Positions 1 through 10,398 are shown, counted from the first letter of the whole stretch. The stretch: DNA of 63,123 nt, filler included, from Mycoplasmatota bacterium (GCA_012727915.1; 12 parts of 12 records of this genome joined end to end with filler, not necessarily neighbours in it), one strand, 5' to 3'. The notes: generated from the letters alone by a model not told the origin. Translations and numbers: made by a program.

Positions 1-581
1 AACATATCTTCTTTACTTTCAAAAACACTTGTTTCTTTTGGACCAATTAACCACTTAACACTAACATCAGATCTATTTAAAAAGTCAATTGCTTCTTCCC
101 TAGACATACCTTGATTTATATAGTCATTTAATGCATCATCATAAGTATTATAAAAATTATATATATCATTACCAGGAACTTCGGTTTTAAACTTATATTT
201 AATAACTTCAAATAAATTATTTAAATGAGTTTGTGCAGTTTCTTCATTAGGTATATATAAATTAGCATCTTCACCTTGTTTAATATATTGCATATCCCAT
301 TCTTTTGGATTTAAACCTTCAACAGGTTTAGAATTTGGTTGATAAGCTCTTTTCATTAACTCTTTAAACTCTTCTTCAAACACTAATTCTTCTTGTTCTT
401 GAAGATTAGGTTCTAAATTATTATCCTCATTCTTATCTTTTTCTTTTTTATTAGGATTTAATAATGGTAATCCAATTTTCGCTAATAGAAATAAAATTAT
501 ATACCAATTATTTACTATATATTTATATGTGAATATTCCGGGTGTAGATAAAACAACTCCAAATGATTTTAATACTTCCAT
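1..581 (-). CDS. Hypothetical membrane-anchored protein (runs off window edge)
   Basis: ATG at 581; open frame MEVLKSFGVVLSTPGIFTYKYIVNNWYIILFLLAKIGLPLL... to the window start. Confidence 0.6.
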   Translation of the reverse strand, partial: MEVLKSFGVVLSTPGIFTYKYIVNNWYIILFLLAKIGLPLLNPNKKEKDKNEDNNLEPNLQEQEELVFEEEFKELMKRAYQPNSKPVEGLNPKEWDMQYIKQGEDANLYIPNEETAQTHLNNLFEVIKYKFKTEVPGNDIYNFYNTYDDALNDYINQGMSREEAIDFLNRSDVSVKWLIGPKETSVFESKEDM

Positions 582-634
582 TATTATAGTTTAATTATAA
601 CATAAAAAAGAGATCTCTCTCTTATATTATGTAT

Positions 635-1189
635 CTATTTATTGTCCAAATAATCCGCAAGTTTTTCATATATTTCTAAACTCCAAAACTTCCATCTTTC
701 TTCATTTGGATAACATCCTAAAGTTTTATCTTGTCCATCAGGTATAAATATAAAATCAAAACTCCATCCATAAGTACCCATTTTTTCTTTTGCTATTGTT
801 CCTTTAGTAATACCAACAAAAGTTACTGGTTCTTTTCCATATTCACAATACGCAATTGCTTCTTTAAAATAGGCTTTTCTATTTTCAACTCCATCTAATA
901 ATTTTAATATTCCATCTTCTTTTAGTGTTTCTTCCATAAAGTGTGTATACACACCAGGAAATCCATTTAATGCTTCCACAAATAAACCTGTATCATTTTT
1001 TAATACATCGCATTTTAATTTATCACTAGCCCACTTTGCTGAATATTTAGCAACTTCTTCAACATCATTAGCTTGAATTTCTATTGTATCCATCTTAATA
1101 TTATCAACTTCATATCCTAATGGTTCTAATGCCTGTTTCGCACTCGCAAGCTTTGCCCAGTTACCCGTTACATATGTTATCTTTTTCAT
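635..1189 (-). CDS. rdgB: Non-canonical purine NTP pyrophosphatase (RdgB/HAM1 family)
   Basis: VTGNxxK start, DTGLFVEALNGFPGVY and FDFIFIP motifs; the usual C-terminal SHR motif is diverged. Confidence 0.85.
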   Translation of the reverse strand: MKKITYVTGNWAKLASAKQALEPLGYEVDNIKMDTIEIQANDVEEVAKYSAKWASDKLKCDVLKNDTGLFVEALNGFPGVYTHFMEETLKEDGILKLLDGVENRKAYFKEAIAYCEYGKEPVTFVGITKGTIAKEKMGTYGWSFDFIFIPDGQDKTLGCYPNEERWKFWSLEIYEKLADYLDNK

Positions 1190-1190
1190 C

Positions 1191-1772
1191 TTAACCTCTT
1201 CTTTTATTTAATGAAATAAATGCTTTTTTAACTTCATAATCTCCAGTAGTTTTTAAATTTAAACTATTTAATTTGTTCTTTAATACCTCTTTAACAATTT
1301 CATCATCTTTTTCTTTTAACTCTTCTTCATTTGCTTCCATTTCAATATATAATCCTTTAGGATCAGTTATTTTTTGTATAGTAAATTCAATATTATCTTT
1401 TTTATATACTAAAGAATTATTTTCTATTTCAATCAGTGTATGAAAATCCACTAATTCTAAGATTTTTTTAACTTCCGAAATTGAATCAATATTAATTTTA
1501 ACTTTATTTTGAGATAAAATTTTACCATTATTATCATATTCTTTATTTTTATAAATTAAATATTTATAGGTACTATCTGTTTTAACTTCTCTAATTAATA
1601 AACATTTTTTTAAAATACTATAATTATTTAATCCTAAATCTACACTTTTATGTATCATGTAATAATCTTTTATATAATATTTTTGAATCAATTCATAACC
1701 TTGTTCTTCAACATTTTTTGTTACTTCATCTAATTCATCTAATAATTGTATAGTAAGCTCTACCTCTCTCAT
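1191..1772 (-). CDS. CYTH domain (adenylate cyclase class IV/triphosphate tunnel) protein
   Basis: N-terminal ExE (MREVEL), DYY, LLIRE and YIEMEA; start reassigned to 1772 after GGTGA SD. Confidence 0.65.
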   Translation of the reverse strand: MREVELTIQLLDELDEVTKNVEEQGYELIQKYYIKDYYMIHKSVDLGLNNYSILKKCLLIREVKTDSTYKYLIYKNKEYDNNGKILSQNKVKINIDSISEVKKILELVDFHTLIEIENNSLVYKKDNIEFTIQKITDPKGLYIEMEANEEELKEKDDEIVKEVLKNKLNSLNLKTTGDYEVKKAFISLNKRRG

Positions 1773-1846
1773 GTTATCACCCATAAAAATTATAACATAT
1801 TGTTAACAAATAAATAATAAGTGTTATAATAAATTAAGGTGATAAT

Positions 1847-2530
1847 ATGAATAAAAAACTATTTAAAGATTGGACTTTATATGAAAAATCATTATTCTTT
1901 TTTAGTATTGTTTTAATACTTACTACTGGAATATATTTTAAGAGTAATATTATTACTATGATGGCCGCGATAACAGGTATAACTTGTTCTCTATTACAAG
2001 CTAAAGGTAAAGTAGCTAGTCAATTCGTAGGTTTGTTTTCAGTATCATTTTATTCCATACTTTCATATAATAATAAACTGTATGGAGAAATGTTAGTATA
2101 TTTATTAATAATGTTACCTTTATTTGTAATGGGAATAATTTCTTGGCTAAATAATAAAGATATAGAAACTAAGCTTGTAAAACCACATGAATTAACAAAA
2201 AAAGACTGGATTATATTAATAATTATTAGTATTATCTTGTTTGTTAGTTTATACTTTTTATTAGAATTCTTTAATTCTGCTCAATTATTAGTTTCAGTAT
2301 TATCAATGGTTACAATATTACTAGCAACCTATTTAGTAGCAAGGAGAAGTAAATATGGCTTCTTATTCTATATTGCGAACGATATAACCCTTTTAATATT
2401 ATGGGGTGTTCCAATACTAAATGGAAGTATAGTATTAATACCATTTCTATTTGAACCTATTATTAATTTTATAAATGATAATTATGGTTGGTTTAATTGG
2501 AATAGAAAATTACATAAAAATATTATATAA
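1847..2530 (+). CDS. PnuC-family nicotinamide riboside/vitamin transporter
   Basis: Multi-TM protein with AKGK, LYGE, WLNN and final YGWFNW motifs. Confidence 0.8.
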   Translation: MNKKLFKDWTLYEKSLFFFSIVLILTTGIYFKSNIITMMAAITGITCSLLQAKGKVASQFVGLFSVSFYSILSYNNKLYGEMLVYLLIMLPLFVMGIISWLNNKDIETKLVKPHELTKKDWIILIIISIILFVSLYFLLEFFNSAQLLVSVLSMVTILLATYLVARRSKYGFLFYIANDITLLILWGVPILNGSIVLIPFLFEPIINFINDNYGWFNWNRKLHKNII

Positions 2531-2555
2531 TATAGATATTGAAAGGAATTGTTTT

Positions 2556-2831
2556 ATGAGAGATGAAGTTTTTGGTTTTATAAACACAATAATACATAAT
2601 GCTTTAGAAAAAAAAGAGAATCCTGAATATACTAAAGAAAAGATTGTTGGATTTATAGAGTATTTGAATGAAAAAAAAGTTGCAGATAAAGATGATGTTG
2701 AGATGCTAAATTATATATCTTCAAATATTCCTCAATTCCTAGATTATTGCGCAAATTTAAATAAAATGGGTGCAGGAATTAAAATATATCCGACTGATAA
2801 ACCAAGAAGAGAAATTGGATTTGGTAAATAA
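2556..2831 (+). CDS. Hypothetical protein
   Basis: GAAAGGA SD before ATG 2556; ends RREIGFGK. Confidence 0.6.
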   Translation: MRDEVFGFINTIIHNALEKKENPEYTKEKIVGFIEYLNEKKVADKDDVEMLNYISSNIPQFLDYCANLNKMGAGIKIYPTDKPRREIGFGK

Positions 2832-2855
2832 AAAAAGTTTCATAGAAACTTTTTT

Positions 2856-4466
2856 TTAATACATTATTAATCCGTATAATGTAACAACTAATCCAGCAAC
2901 AAATAACAATGCAGTCATTACTTTAATAAATCCATATGTATAGCATTTTTTCTTTATTCCATCTACTACCATATAATTTAATTCAACATAAGGAACTGGA
3001 GATCTTTTATACCATCCAGTAATAGTAACATTCTTATTAATATAATTCTTTGCTTTAAATATTCCAAAAAATATGTTCATAATTGAAAGAGGTTGTTTAT
3101 AATCAATAAATACTATTCCCGTTTCATCTTTAAGTACAAAGTCTTCTGAAAATATATAACCAGGTGTTCCTCTTCCTATAAATGTTCCAGTTAATGTACA
3201 AGGAACAGATGTTACTTGAGATACTTTTACTTCACCTAATAAATCAGATACCTTAGTTTCTTTATAATTATCATTCTTATATGCTCTTCTTAATTTTATT
3301 AAACTTGAAACTCCTAATAATATTAAACCTATACCTATCACTTCAACAAACGAAGTATTTCCATTATTTATTAAAGAATAAACAAATAAACCAATTACAA
3401 AAATTATTAAATAAGGGAAAAATTTAATAAATAATTCTATTGCAAAATCATCACTATAAGATTCTGGTTTTACTTCATCAAACACTATATATGGACTTTG
3501 ATTATATTGAGGAGCCATTTTAGAAATAGCTTTCAATCTTTTTGATATTCTTGGATGAGTTGAATGTAATTCATACCAAGTTGCCCATGGATTCCATAAT
3601 TCCCATCTAGCAGCCTTTTTAATCTTATCTGTTTCTAACTTGCCATCATTATAACTTGTTACTACTAAAGTCTTTGATGTTTTCTTATCAAATATACCAA
3701 GTGCAGATACAGATGATATATCTATCTTTTTCTTACCAGTATCTTCATTACTAGTAACTAAACCATAACCAACCTTTACCAATGCATTAGACATTGCGAA
3801 TGGATTCTTAGTTTTTTGAACTGAAAATTCATCAGCATAGTATTCTCTTGTTCTAGAAAACCATAATATTACATATTCCGAAATTATATGTAAAATAAAC
3901 GCTATTAAACCAACGATTGCTAAAGAACCACTATCTTTATCATTATTATCTGATGAATTAATAGTAATCTCATATACCCATCTTAATAACAAAGGTATTA
4001 TTTGTGCTACAGTCATAAAAAGCATATCATAATGAATTGCGTGCCCCATTTCATGAGCTACAACTGATTTAACTTCATCAGGTGTTAACAAATCAAATAT
4101 ACCTTTAGTAAGTACTATTCTAGCATCATTCTTTGTTCTACCATATGTAAATGCATTAGGAGCCCCATCATTAATATATCCTATTTTAGGATATTTCATA
4201 TTGTGTTCAGTACATACTTGATTAATAAACTGAACTAAATAATCAGGCATATTAATATTAAAATCAGCTTTATATAAATATCTCATTATTAGATCAGTAA
4301 AGAAAGGCGCTAATAAGAATTGTAATACTAAAAATCCTATTGCTCCTAACATAAAATAATCCATTCTTAAATTAGTAAAATATGCTACAGGTATTAAAAA
4401 TATTATCAACACCCCATATAATCCAATTAAAGTAGACATTGATGTAACAAATAATTTATTTTTCAT
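2856..4466 (-). CDS. htpX: HtpX-like M48 membrane zinc metalloprotease with C-terminal extension
   Basis: PNAF, HEMGH, SRTREYYAD and STHP motifs, followed by extra TM and beta-rich domain. Confidence 0.85.
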   Translation of the reverse strand: MKNKLFVTSMSTLIGLYGVLIIFLIPVAYFTNLRMDYFMLGAIGFLVLQFLLAPFFTDLIMRYLYKADFNINMPDYLVQFINQVCTEHNMKYPKIGYINDGAPNAFTYGRTKNDARIVLTKGIFDLLTPDEVKSVVAHEMGHAIHYDMLFMTVAQIIPLLLRWVYEITINSSDNNDKDSGSLAIVGLIAFILHIISEYVILWFSRTREYYADEFSVQKTKNPFAMSNALVKVGYGLVTSNEDTGKKKIDISSVSALGIFDKKTSKTLVVTSYNDGKLETDKIKKAARWELWNPWATWYELHSTHPRISKRLKAISKMAPQYNQSPYIVFDEVKPESYSDDFAIELFIKFFPYLIIFVIGLFVYSLINNGNTSFVEVIGIGLILLGVSSLIKLRRAYKNDNYKETKVSDLLGEVKVSQVTSVPCTLTGTFIGRGTPGYIFSEDFVLKDETGIVFIDYKQPLSIMNIFFGIFKAKNYINKNVTITGWYKRSPVPYVELNYMVVDGIKKKCYTYGFIKVMTALLFVAGLVVTLYGLIMY

Positions 4467-4537
4467 AGTAACCTCCATTAATTATTATAATATAAATTAA
4501 AATATAAAAAACATATGTATTTTTTATTTACATATGT

Positions 4538-5887
4538 TTACTTGTTGTTACTATTTCTTAATACCATTCTTTTTATATTATCAATATCATTAACTCTCAT
4601 ATCTTCTAATATTTGATTAGATACTCCAAAAGATATTTCTCTTTCACTAGTATTTGTAGTATCAAATAAGTGCAAATTAATATCTTCTTCGTGACATAGA
4701 TCTTCTATATTAAATAATGCTTCATTATATTCATTAACATACTCTTCATATAAATGTTTTCTCTTTTCTAATGATAAGTGAATACCATAATCTCTCTTAA
4801 TTGAAGTTAAACTATCAGTATATGTTCCTATTATTATATCTATATTATCCCTTATTATAGGAACATATAATTCTTTATAATCATAATATTGATCCTTAGT
4901 AATTTCTTTTCTTATATATAGTCTATTTATCCAAACTAATCTATCTAATAATGAACGATCTCCAATTATAATGTCCGGATCTTTACTTATAGCTTCATCT
5001 AATTGTAACTTTACATATTTAGGTATATAAGTATTTTTTTCATACAAGGATTTATCTTTAAGTGATGGATAAATATCATTTTTAAAATAATTAGATGTAG
5101 TAAACTCTTCAAGTACTTTTATATCAAATCCACCTTTTTTAAAAAAATCATTTAAATTATTTATTAAATTAGTTTTACCAGTTCTAGGAGTTCCAGTAAA
5201 CTCTATTACATAAGGTTCTTTATTATCGTTAATACTTCTTAATTTTAATAATTCTTTCTTCTTATAATGAAGTATACTTAGTTCTTTATATTCATAATCA
5301 TTATCTTTAAAAATAACGTTCTTTATATATTCATCATCTTTTTCATTATAAAAAACATGGTCTATTAATTGTTTCAATCTAACAAATAAAGGATGATTCT
5401 TATCTTGTTCATTAATTAAACTATTATATACTCCTTCATAATACCATTTATTAGATTCAAAACCTCTTTTTAATTTACTAAAACATTCCCCATTAATTTC
5501 CGATGAAATCATTAAATCTTCCATATTACTTATTTTATCAGCGCATATTACTGCTTTATGTCTAATATCTAAATCTTTAGTAAAATGAATAGTATGTTGT
5601 TTTCTATCTTCCCAAGATAAACTCTTATCTGGTTCACTAGCACATTTAACTAATGATAAAACATTACTTCCAAATAATCTTTCTATATCTGAATCAACAT
5701 ACTTAGTATCTTCAAGTACATCATGAAGATATCCTGCTGCGATAACTTCTTCATCAAATCCATATTCTTTTAATATATTAGCAACATTAATAGGATGAAC
5801 TACTGCTGGTTTTTCAGTATCAACTTTTCTAACTTGTCCATCATGTGCATTAATTGCAAATATCATTGCTTCTTCTACTAAATTCAT
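4538..5887 (-). CDS. RelA/SpoT-type HD hydrolase fused to a P-loop nucleotide kinase-like domain
   Basis: AHDGQVRK, HPINVA, LHDVLEDT, ADKISN; then VIEFTGTPRTGKT and DRSLLDR. Confidence 0.8.
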   Translation of the reverse strand: MNLVEEAMIFAINAHDGQVRKVDTEKPAVVHPINVANILKEYGFDEEVIAAGYLHDVLEDTKYVDSDIERLFGSNVLSLVKCASEPDKSLSWEDRKQHTIHFTKDLDIRHKAVICADKISNMEDLMISSEINGECFSKLKRGFESNKWYYEGVYNSLINEQDKNHPLFVRLKQLIDHVFYNEKDDEYIKNVIFKDNDYEYKELSILHYKKKELLKLRSINDNKEPYVIEFTGTPRTGKTNLINNLNDFFKKGGFDIKVLEEFTTSNYFKNDIYPSLKDKSLYEKNTYIPKYVKLQLDEAISKDPDIIIGDRSLLDRLVWINRLYIRKEITKDQYYDYKELYVPIIRDNIDIIIGTYTDSLTSIKRDYGIHLSLEKRKHLYEEYVNEYNEALFNIEDLCHEEDINLHLFDTTNTSEREISFGVSNQILEDMRVNDIDNIKRMVLRNSNNK

Positions 5888-5944
5888 ACCCTAAACCTCC
5901 TGAAGCCTTATTATAGCACAAAAATAAAAAAGAGATTTACTCTT

Positions 5945-6097
5945 TTATAAATATTTTTTAAAATAATCTTTAAGATCATTATTTTTATCTTGATACATAT
6001 GTTTAAATTTAATTTTACATCTTATAGGCTTTAATTTTTGATTACGTAACATTCTATATATATTAGACCATTTATATTTTTTAAAATACTTATTCAT
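5945..6097 (-). CDS. Small basic protein (50 aa), not in the ORF track
   Basis: GAGG SD, then MNKYFKKYKWSNIYRMLRNQKLKPIRCKIKFKHMYQDKNNDLKDYFKKYL*. Confidence 0.45.
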   Translation of the reverse strand: MNKYFKKYKWSNIYRMLRNQKLKPIRCKIKFKHMYQDKNNDLKDYFKKYL

Positions 6098-6139
6098 ATA
6101 TCCTCACTTTGTATTCAATATAACTATATATATTTAACC

Positions 6140-6535
6140 TTATAAAAATAAATATAAAATTAACGCTAAAGAAAATATTATTAAAAACATACTAATCATT
6201 AATCCCAATGTTTTAGAATATCCTTTAGGAATAATCTTATTCATTTTATCTAATCTTTTTATAATTGGATGTAATTTCCAAAAATAAGTACTAATAGAAA
6301 TAATCATCACAACTATAGACCAAACTTTTGTTACTTCTGATCCTGTTATTAAAATAACTAATAATAAAAATATAAATATTAATTTTACTCCCGCTACCCA
6401 ATAAACCATATAATGAGAAAACAAATCCAATGATTCATCTTTCTTAACATCTTTCCATGCTTCAAAAGCACCTAATCCATTACCTAATTTTGAATCAGGT
6501 TTAAAATATAATATTAATACATTAAAAGATTCCAT
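6140..6535 (-). CDS. Hypothetical membrane protein
   Basis: Several hydrophobic segments; start uncertain. Confidence 0.65.
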   Translation of the reverse strand: MESFNVLILYFKPDSKLGNGLGAFEAWKDVKKDESLDLFSHYMVYWVAGVKLIFIFLLLVILITGSEVTKVWSIVVMIISISTYFWKLHPIIKRLDKMNKIIPKGYSKTLGLMISMFLIIFSLALILYLFL

Positions 6536-6742
6536 TACACAAAAAAAGATAATTGATATTGATAATATATCCTTATTTAATTCTCCATTAATTAATATTA
6601 TATCATATAAGATTATTATATTATTTACCTATTATAATTAAAAAGATAGTTATACTATCTTAAATATACTATTATATTTCTCCAATTTTATTTTTCTTTT
6701 ATTGTCTTAAATGATTTATTATTAATTTCTAAATCATAAACA

Positions 6743-7150
6743 TTAAAATCTATCATAACCCCACCAATCAGGAATTAACTCTTCTAATCTTATTGTTTCA
6801 AAATTATCATAATCAGTCAATATTTCAATGTTCTTACTATCTTTGTCTAGTTGCATTAAATACTCTCTACAAGCTCCACAAGGTGAGCCAACTTCTCCGT
6901 TTGTATCAATACACACTAATTTAATTATTTTACTTTCTCCATTTGTAATCATATTTGCAATAGCATTTCTTTCAGCACACATACCTAAAGTACAAGCAGT
7001 ATCAATACATACTCCAACATAAATATTTCCTTTTTCAGTTAATATAGATGCTCCAACACCTCCGGCTTCAATAAATGGTGATATCGTTCTAGGATTCGTT
7101 ACAGATTTTGCTTTATTATATAATTCTATCCATATTTCTTTATCTATCAT
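6743..7150 (-). CDS. Cytidine deaminase family protein
   Basis: CAERNA and SPCGACRE zinc motifs. Confidence 0.85.
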   Translation of the reverse strand: MIDKEIWIELYNKAKSVTNPRTISPFIEAGGVGASILTEKGNIYVGVCIDTACTLGMCAERNAIANMITNGESKIIKLVCIDTNGEVGSPCGACREYLMQLDKDSKNIEILTDYDNFETIRLEELIPDWWGYDRF

Positions 7151-7184
7151 TTCTTCCATCTCCTCTTTTAATAACACTTAATAT

Positions 7185-7895
7185 TTATTTTTTAACTCTA
7201 TAACTAATAAGCATTTCTTTATCCTCTATTGATACTCTAAAACTATCTCTACACTTACTAATTCCCTTATTAATAGTAAATTTATTTAACTTATGAGTCT
7301 TTAAAAATTTTAATGTCTCTTCTCTTCTTTTTATAAAACATTCGCAAAACAGCCATGCATTCATCATATTAACATAATAATGTTCTTCATTTTTAAACTT
7401 ATTCATTATACTAAATATTTTATCAATATATTTATCATTATTAATAAATGAAAATAATATTAATAATCCAACACGTCTTACAAATGGCTTATCACTTTTT
7501 ATATATTCTAAAGATAAATTATAAAACTTATCTTCATTATTTTTTACATCAAAAGATAAACTATCACAAGATGCCCAATTTTCAATTTTTAATACATACT
7601 TATCTAAATACTTTTTCATTAAATCAAAGTCTTTTATTTTAGAAATTAAAGATGCATTAATTCCAGTATTCTCAAAATAATCAAATAATTCTAAATCTAA
7701 AAAAGACATATAATTACCTTTACTAATCTTATTAACAATATCTTTTAATACAGAAGTCTTTATAGCAAGTAAATTCATTTCAGTATTTAATATTCTTCTT
7801 GACCATTCAATTCTATCTATATTCTTTAAACTTTCCAAATATTTATTAAAACTTATACCATCTTCTTTATTCCATTTATCTCTTATTAATTCCAT
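7185..7895 (-). CDS. DNA alkylation repair protein (AlkD-like HEAT repeat)
   Basis: NWASCD, FVRRVG, EHYYVNMMNAW and NKGISKCRDSFR motifs. Confidence 0.85.
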   Translation of the reverse strand: MELIRDKWNKEDGISFNKYLESLKNIDRIEWSRRILNTEMNLLAIKTSVLKDIVNKISKGNYMSFLDLELFDYFENTGINASLISKIKDFDLMKKYLDKYVLKIENWASCDSLSFDVKNNEDKFYNLSLEYIKSDKPFVRRVGLLILFSFINNDKYIDKIFSIMNKFKNEEHYYVNMMNAWLFCECFIKRREETLKFLKTHKLNKFTINKGISKCRDSFRVSIEDKEMLISYRVKK

Positions 7896-7934
7896 ATTAT
7901 CACCTATTTAAATTATAACATAAAAAAAGATGTA

Positions 7935-8270
7935 TTAATTACATCCTAATATTGTCTCATTTAATATTAAGTTTATTAAATGTGAGAATGCTATTACTAT
8001 CCATAATGCTAATCCTATTGCAGAACCCTTTGATAAATAATTAGCTTGCCATTTTTTATTTTTATCATCTTTAATAAGAAAATATAATGCAAAACCTACT
8101 ACAAAGTTAATAACTCCAACAAGTATAAAAATAATCTTTTGAATTAATGGTTTATTATCATATAAATCAACATTTTTAGATAAAATATCTTTTTTATATC
8201 CTCCAAACTCTTTTTTTACATTTTCTTCCAATTCTTTTTCCTTTTTCTTTTCTTCTTTAACTTTCCCCAT
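7935..8270 (-). CDS. Small membrane protein
   Basis: GGAGG SD; charged N-terminus followed by two TM helices. Confidence 0.65.
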   Translation of the reverse strand: MGKVKEEKKKEKELEENVKKEFGGYKKDILSKNVDLYDNKPLIQKIIFILVGVINFVVGFALYFLIKDDKNKKWQANYLSKGSAIGLALWIVIAFSHLINLILNETILGCN

Positions 8271-8385
8271 ATTTACCTCCATATTTTTTAATCATATCAC
8301 TTATTTAACAAAAAACATATATTTTATTTATTCCATCTATAAAACAGGTCATTTTTAACCAATATATCAATATTTTCTTAATTTG

Positions 8386-8847
8386 CTAAATATTCCATAC
8401 TTTTTTTGATGCTTCAATTTGTTCACTAAAAGTAATACCTTTACTCCATTTAATATAATTAGGTAAATTTTCTAATCTAACAAATTCTCTTTCATCTACT
8501 TCACATTCTGTATCAAAAGGTAATACTTCTAATACCTTTGCTGTATATCTTAATTGATAGTATGTTTCACCATTTTCAACAACTTCAACAGCTCCTAAAT
8601 ATATAATATCTTTTAATGTAACACAAGCTTCTTCCATCAATTCTCTTTCTAATGTTTGTAATTGTGTTTCACCTGGTTCTGGATGACCTCCTGGAATAGT
8701 CCAATTATCTCCATTTTTTACTATTAATAATTGATTCTTTTCATTATATATATATCCACTCACCTGTGTATATTTTTCTCCATTTAGTTTAAACTTATCA
8801 ATCCAACGAATCTTGCAATTTTCCGAAAGAACTTCATATTTTTCCAT
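8386..8847 (-). CDS. NUDIX hydrolase
   Basis: Nudix box PGGHPEPGETQLQTLERELMEEA. Confidence 0.9.
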   Translation of the reverse strand: MEKYEVLSENCKIRWIDKFKLNGEKYTQVSGYIYNEKNQLLIVKNGDNWTIPGGHPEPGETQLQTLERELMEEACVTLKDIIYLGAVEVVENGETYYQLRYTAKVLEVLPFDTECEVDEREFVRLENLPNYIKWSKGITFSEQIEASKKVWNI

Positions 8848-8936
8848 AAGTTTTCCTCCTTATTTATTTCACTTCAAATCCTTAATTAAAAAAACTTCAT
8901 ACACAAATTATATCAGTTATTAAAATATATTTGCTA

Positions 8937-9701
8937 TTAATCTTCTATATATATACATTTTAAATATCTTCCTTGATCATTATAACTAATAGGTTTTGCA
9001 ACAATTCCTTCCTTAATTAACTCTTCATTTATTAATCCAAATATGATATGCCACATCTCATTTGCACTGTCTTTATTAGGCACTTCATTTATATTAGGTG
9101 TTAAATTAATTTTAAATAAATCTAAAAAAATATTATCTATATCATCATAAATCAGATCCATCATTTCTTTAGAAAACAATAAATGTTCTTTTTTCTTTAT
9201 AATTGGTACATTTATTTTATTATCTTTATAATAAGAAAGTTTATTTAACAAATATATAGCATCATTATCTATATTGTTATTAAGAACAGTATTTTCTAAC
9301 TTTTTTTTAAAAACTAACTCATTTTCATTATTTATTTTATAAAAGTTATCAATATCTTTTGATAATATTATATTCATCTGTCTTAATCTAAAATATCTAA
9401 AGAAATCATTTCTAAATCCATTAGTGTCTCCAAAACTATTAAAAGTAATTCTGCCACAATTATATCTATTATTACTACATAGTAACTTATTACTATAATT
9501 ATCTATAAATTCACTTTTTTCATATCCAATAATAATATAATTTCTATTACCAATATTATTCTTATTATTAGTTAGAATATTTTTCTCTACTAAATAATCA
9601 AATGCATAGTTATCAAATACATCATTACATACTAGATGATATAATGTTTCTTTATCATAATTAAGATTATTTAAGAATGGTTTTAATTTATCTGCATTCA
9701 T
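8937..9701 (-). CDS. Hypothetical protein translationally coupled to abiEi
   Basis: TAATG overlap with the abiEi stop; no KGG/DxD nucleotidyltransferase motif seen. Confidence 0.65.
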   Translation of the reverse strand: MNADKLKPFLNNLNYDKETLYHLVCNDVFDNYAFDYLVEKNILTNNKNNIGNRNYIIIGYEKSEFIDNYSNKLLCSNNRYNCGRITFNSFGDTNGFRNDFFRYFRLRQMNIILSKDIDNFYKINNENELVFKKKLENTVLNNNIDNDAIYLLNKLSYYKDNKINVPIIKKKEHLLFSKEMMDLIYDDIDNIFLDLFKINLTPNINEVPNKDSANEMWHIIFGLINEELIKEGIVAKPISYNDQGRYLKCIYIED

Positions 9702-10294
9702 TAAATTAAAACCTCCATGTACTCTCTTACTTTCTTATCTATCTTTAATTGCTTAGCATATCTCATCAATTTATTTAGATCTTTAGATTTTAATTTAGAA
9801 TATCGTTGTAAAGCTCTAGTAAAAATTTCCAAGTCCATTCTGTTTTTATTTTTAATAATATCACAAATGGTTCTTTCTGCATCATAAACTCTTACTTTCA
9901 TTCCAAATGGAGATTCCATTTCAATTAATCCTAAATCTAATAATTCTTTTTTTACATAATGAAGATTTACCTTTTTTTCATCTTTATAACTATTTCCATA
10001 TCCGTAAGGAATTGTAATATCATAAACAGATGGATTCCTATCTGATAAATCATGCAAGTAAAGAGCGGTTGCATCAGAAAAAACAGATCTTTTACTTTTT
10101 GAAAGCATAATATAAAAGTTATCTGCAAATCCGTTTTTCAAAGAATAATAGCCTCTTGAAATTCTAATAATTTGGCCTTCTTTAAGCAATAACATTAAAT
10201 GATACCTATTGATATTTTTTCTTTCAATTTCCTTGGCAGTAATATACCCTCCGTTATTTTTAATGATATCAATGAGTTTTAAAGCTTTATCCAC
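9701..10294 (-). CDS. abiEi: Type IV toxin-antitoxin AbiEi-family antitoxin
   Basis: N-terminal wHTH (IIRISRGYY), TALYLHDL, YDAERTICD; GTG start at 10294 after GAGGTG. Confidence 0.85.
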   Translation of the reverse strand: MDKALKLIDIIKNNGGYITAKEIERKNINRYHLMLLLKEGQIIRISRGYYSLKNGFADNFYIMLSKSKRSVFSDATALYLHDLSDRNPSVYDITIPYGYGNSYKDEKKVNLHYVKKELLDLGLIEMESPFGMKVRVYDAERTICDIIKNKNRMDLEIFTRALQRYSKLKSKDLNKLMRYAKQLKIDKKVREYMEVLI

Positions 10295-10331
10295 ATTAAT
10301 CACCTCTTTTATTGACTCAATTACATCATCT

Positions 10332-10381
10332 TTTAACAGAAAATGCACAAAAAATTAAAACTTTGTGCATTTTCTGTTAAA
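10332..10381. promoter_or_regulatory. Perfect 20-bp inverted repeat, probable AbiEi autoregulatory operator
   Basis: TTTAACAGAAAATGCACAAA-N10-TTTGTGCATTTTCTGTTAAA, directly downstream of a minus-strand TATAAT -10. Confidence 0.7.
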
Positions 10382-10398
10382 TTATACATTTTTAAAAT

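Noticed and set aside
1790..1846. Riboswitch upstream of the PnuC-type transporter
   Set aside because: The -10 lies ~15 nt from the ATG, leaving no room for an aptamer
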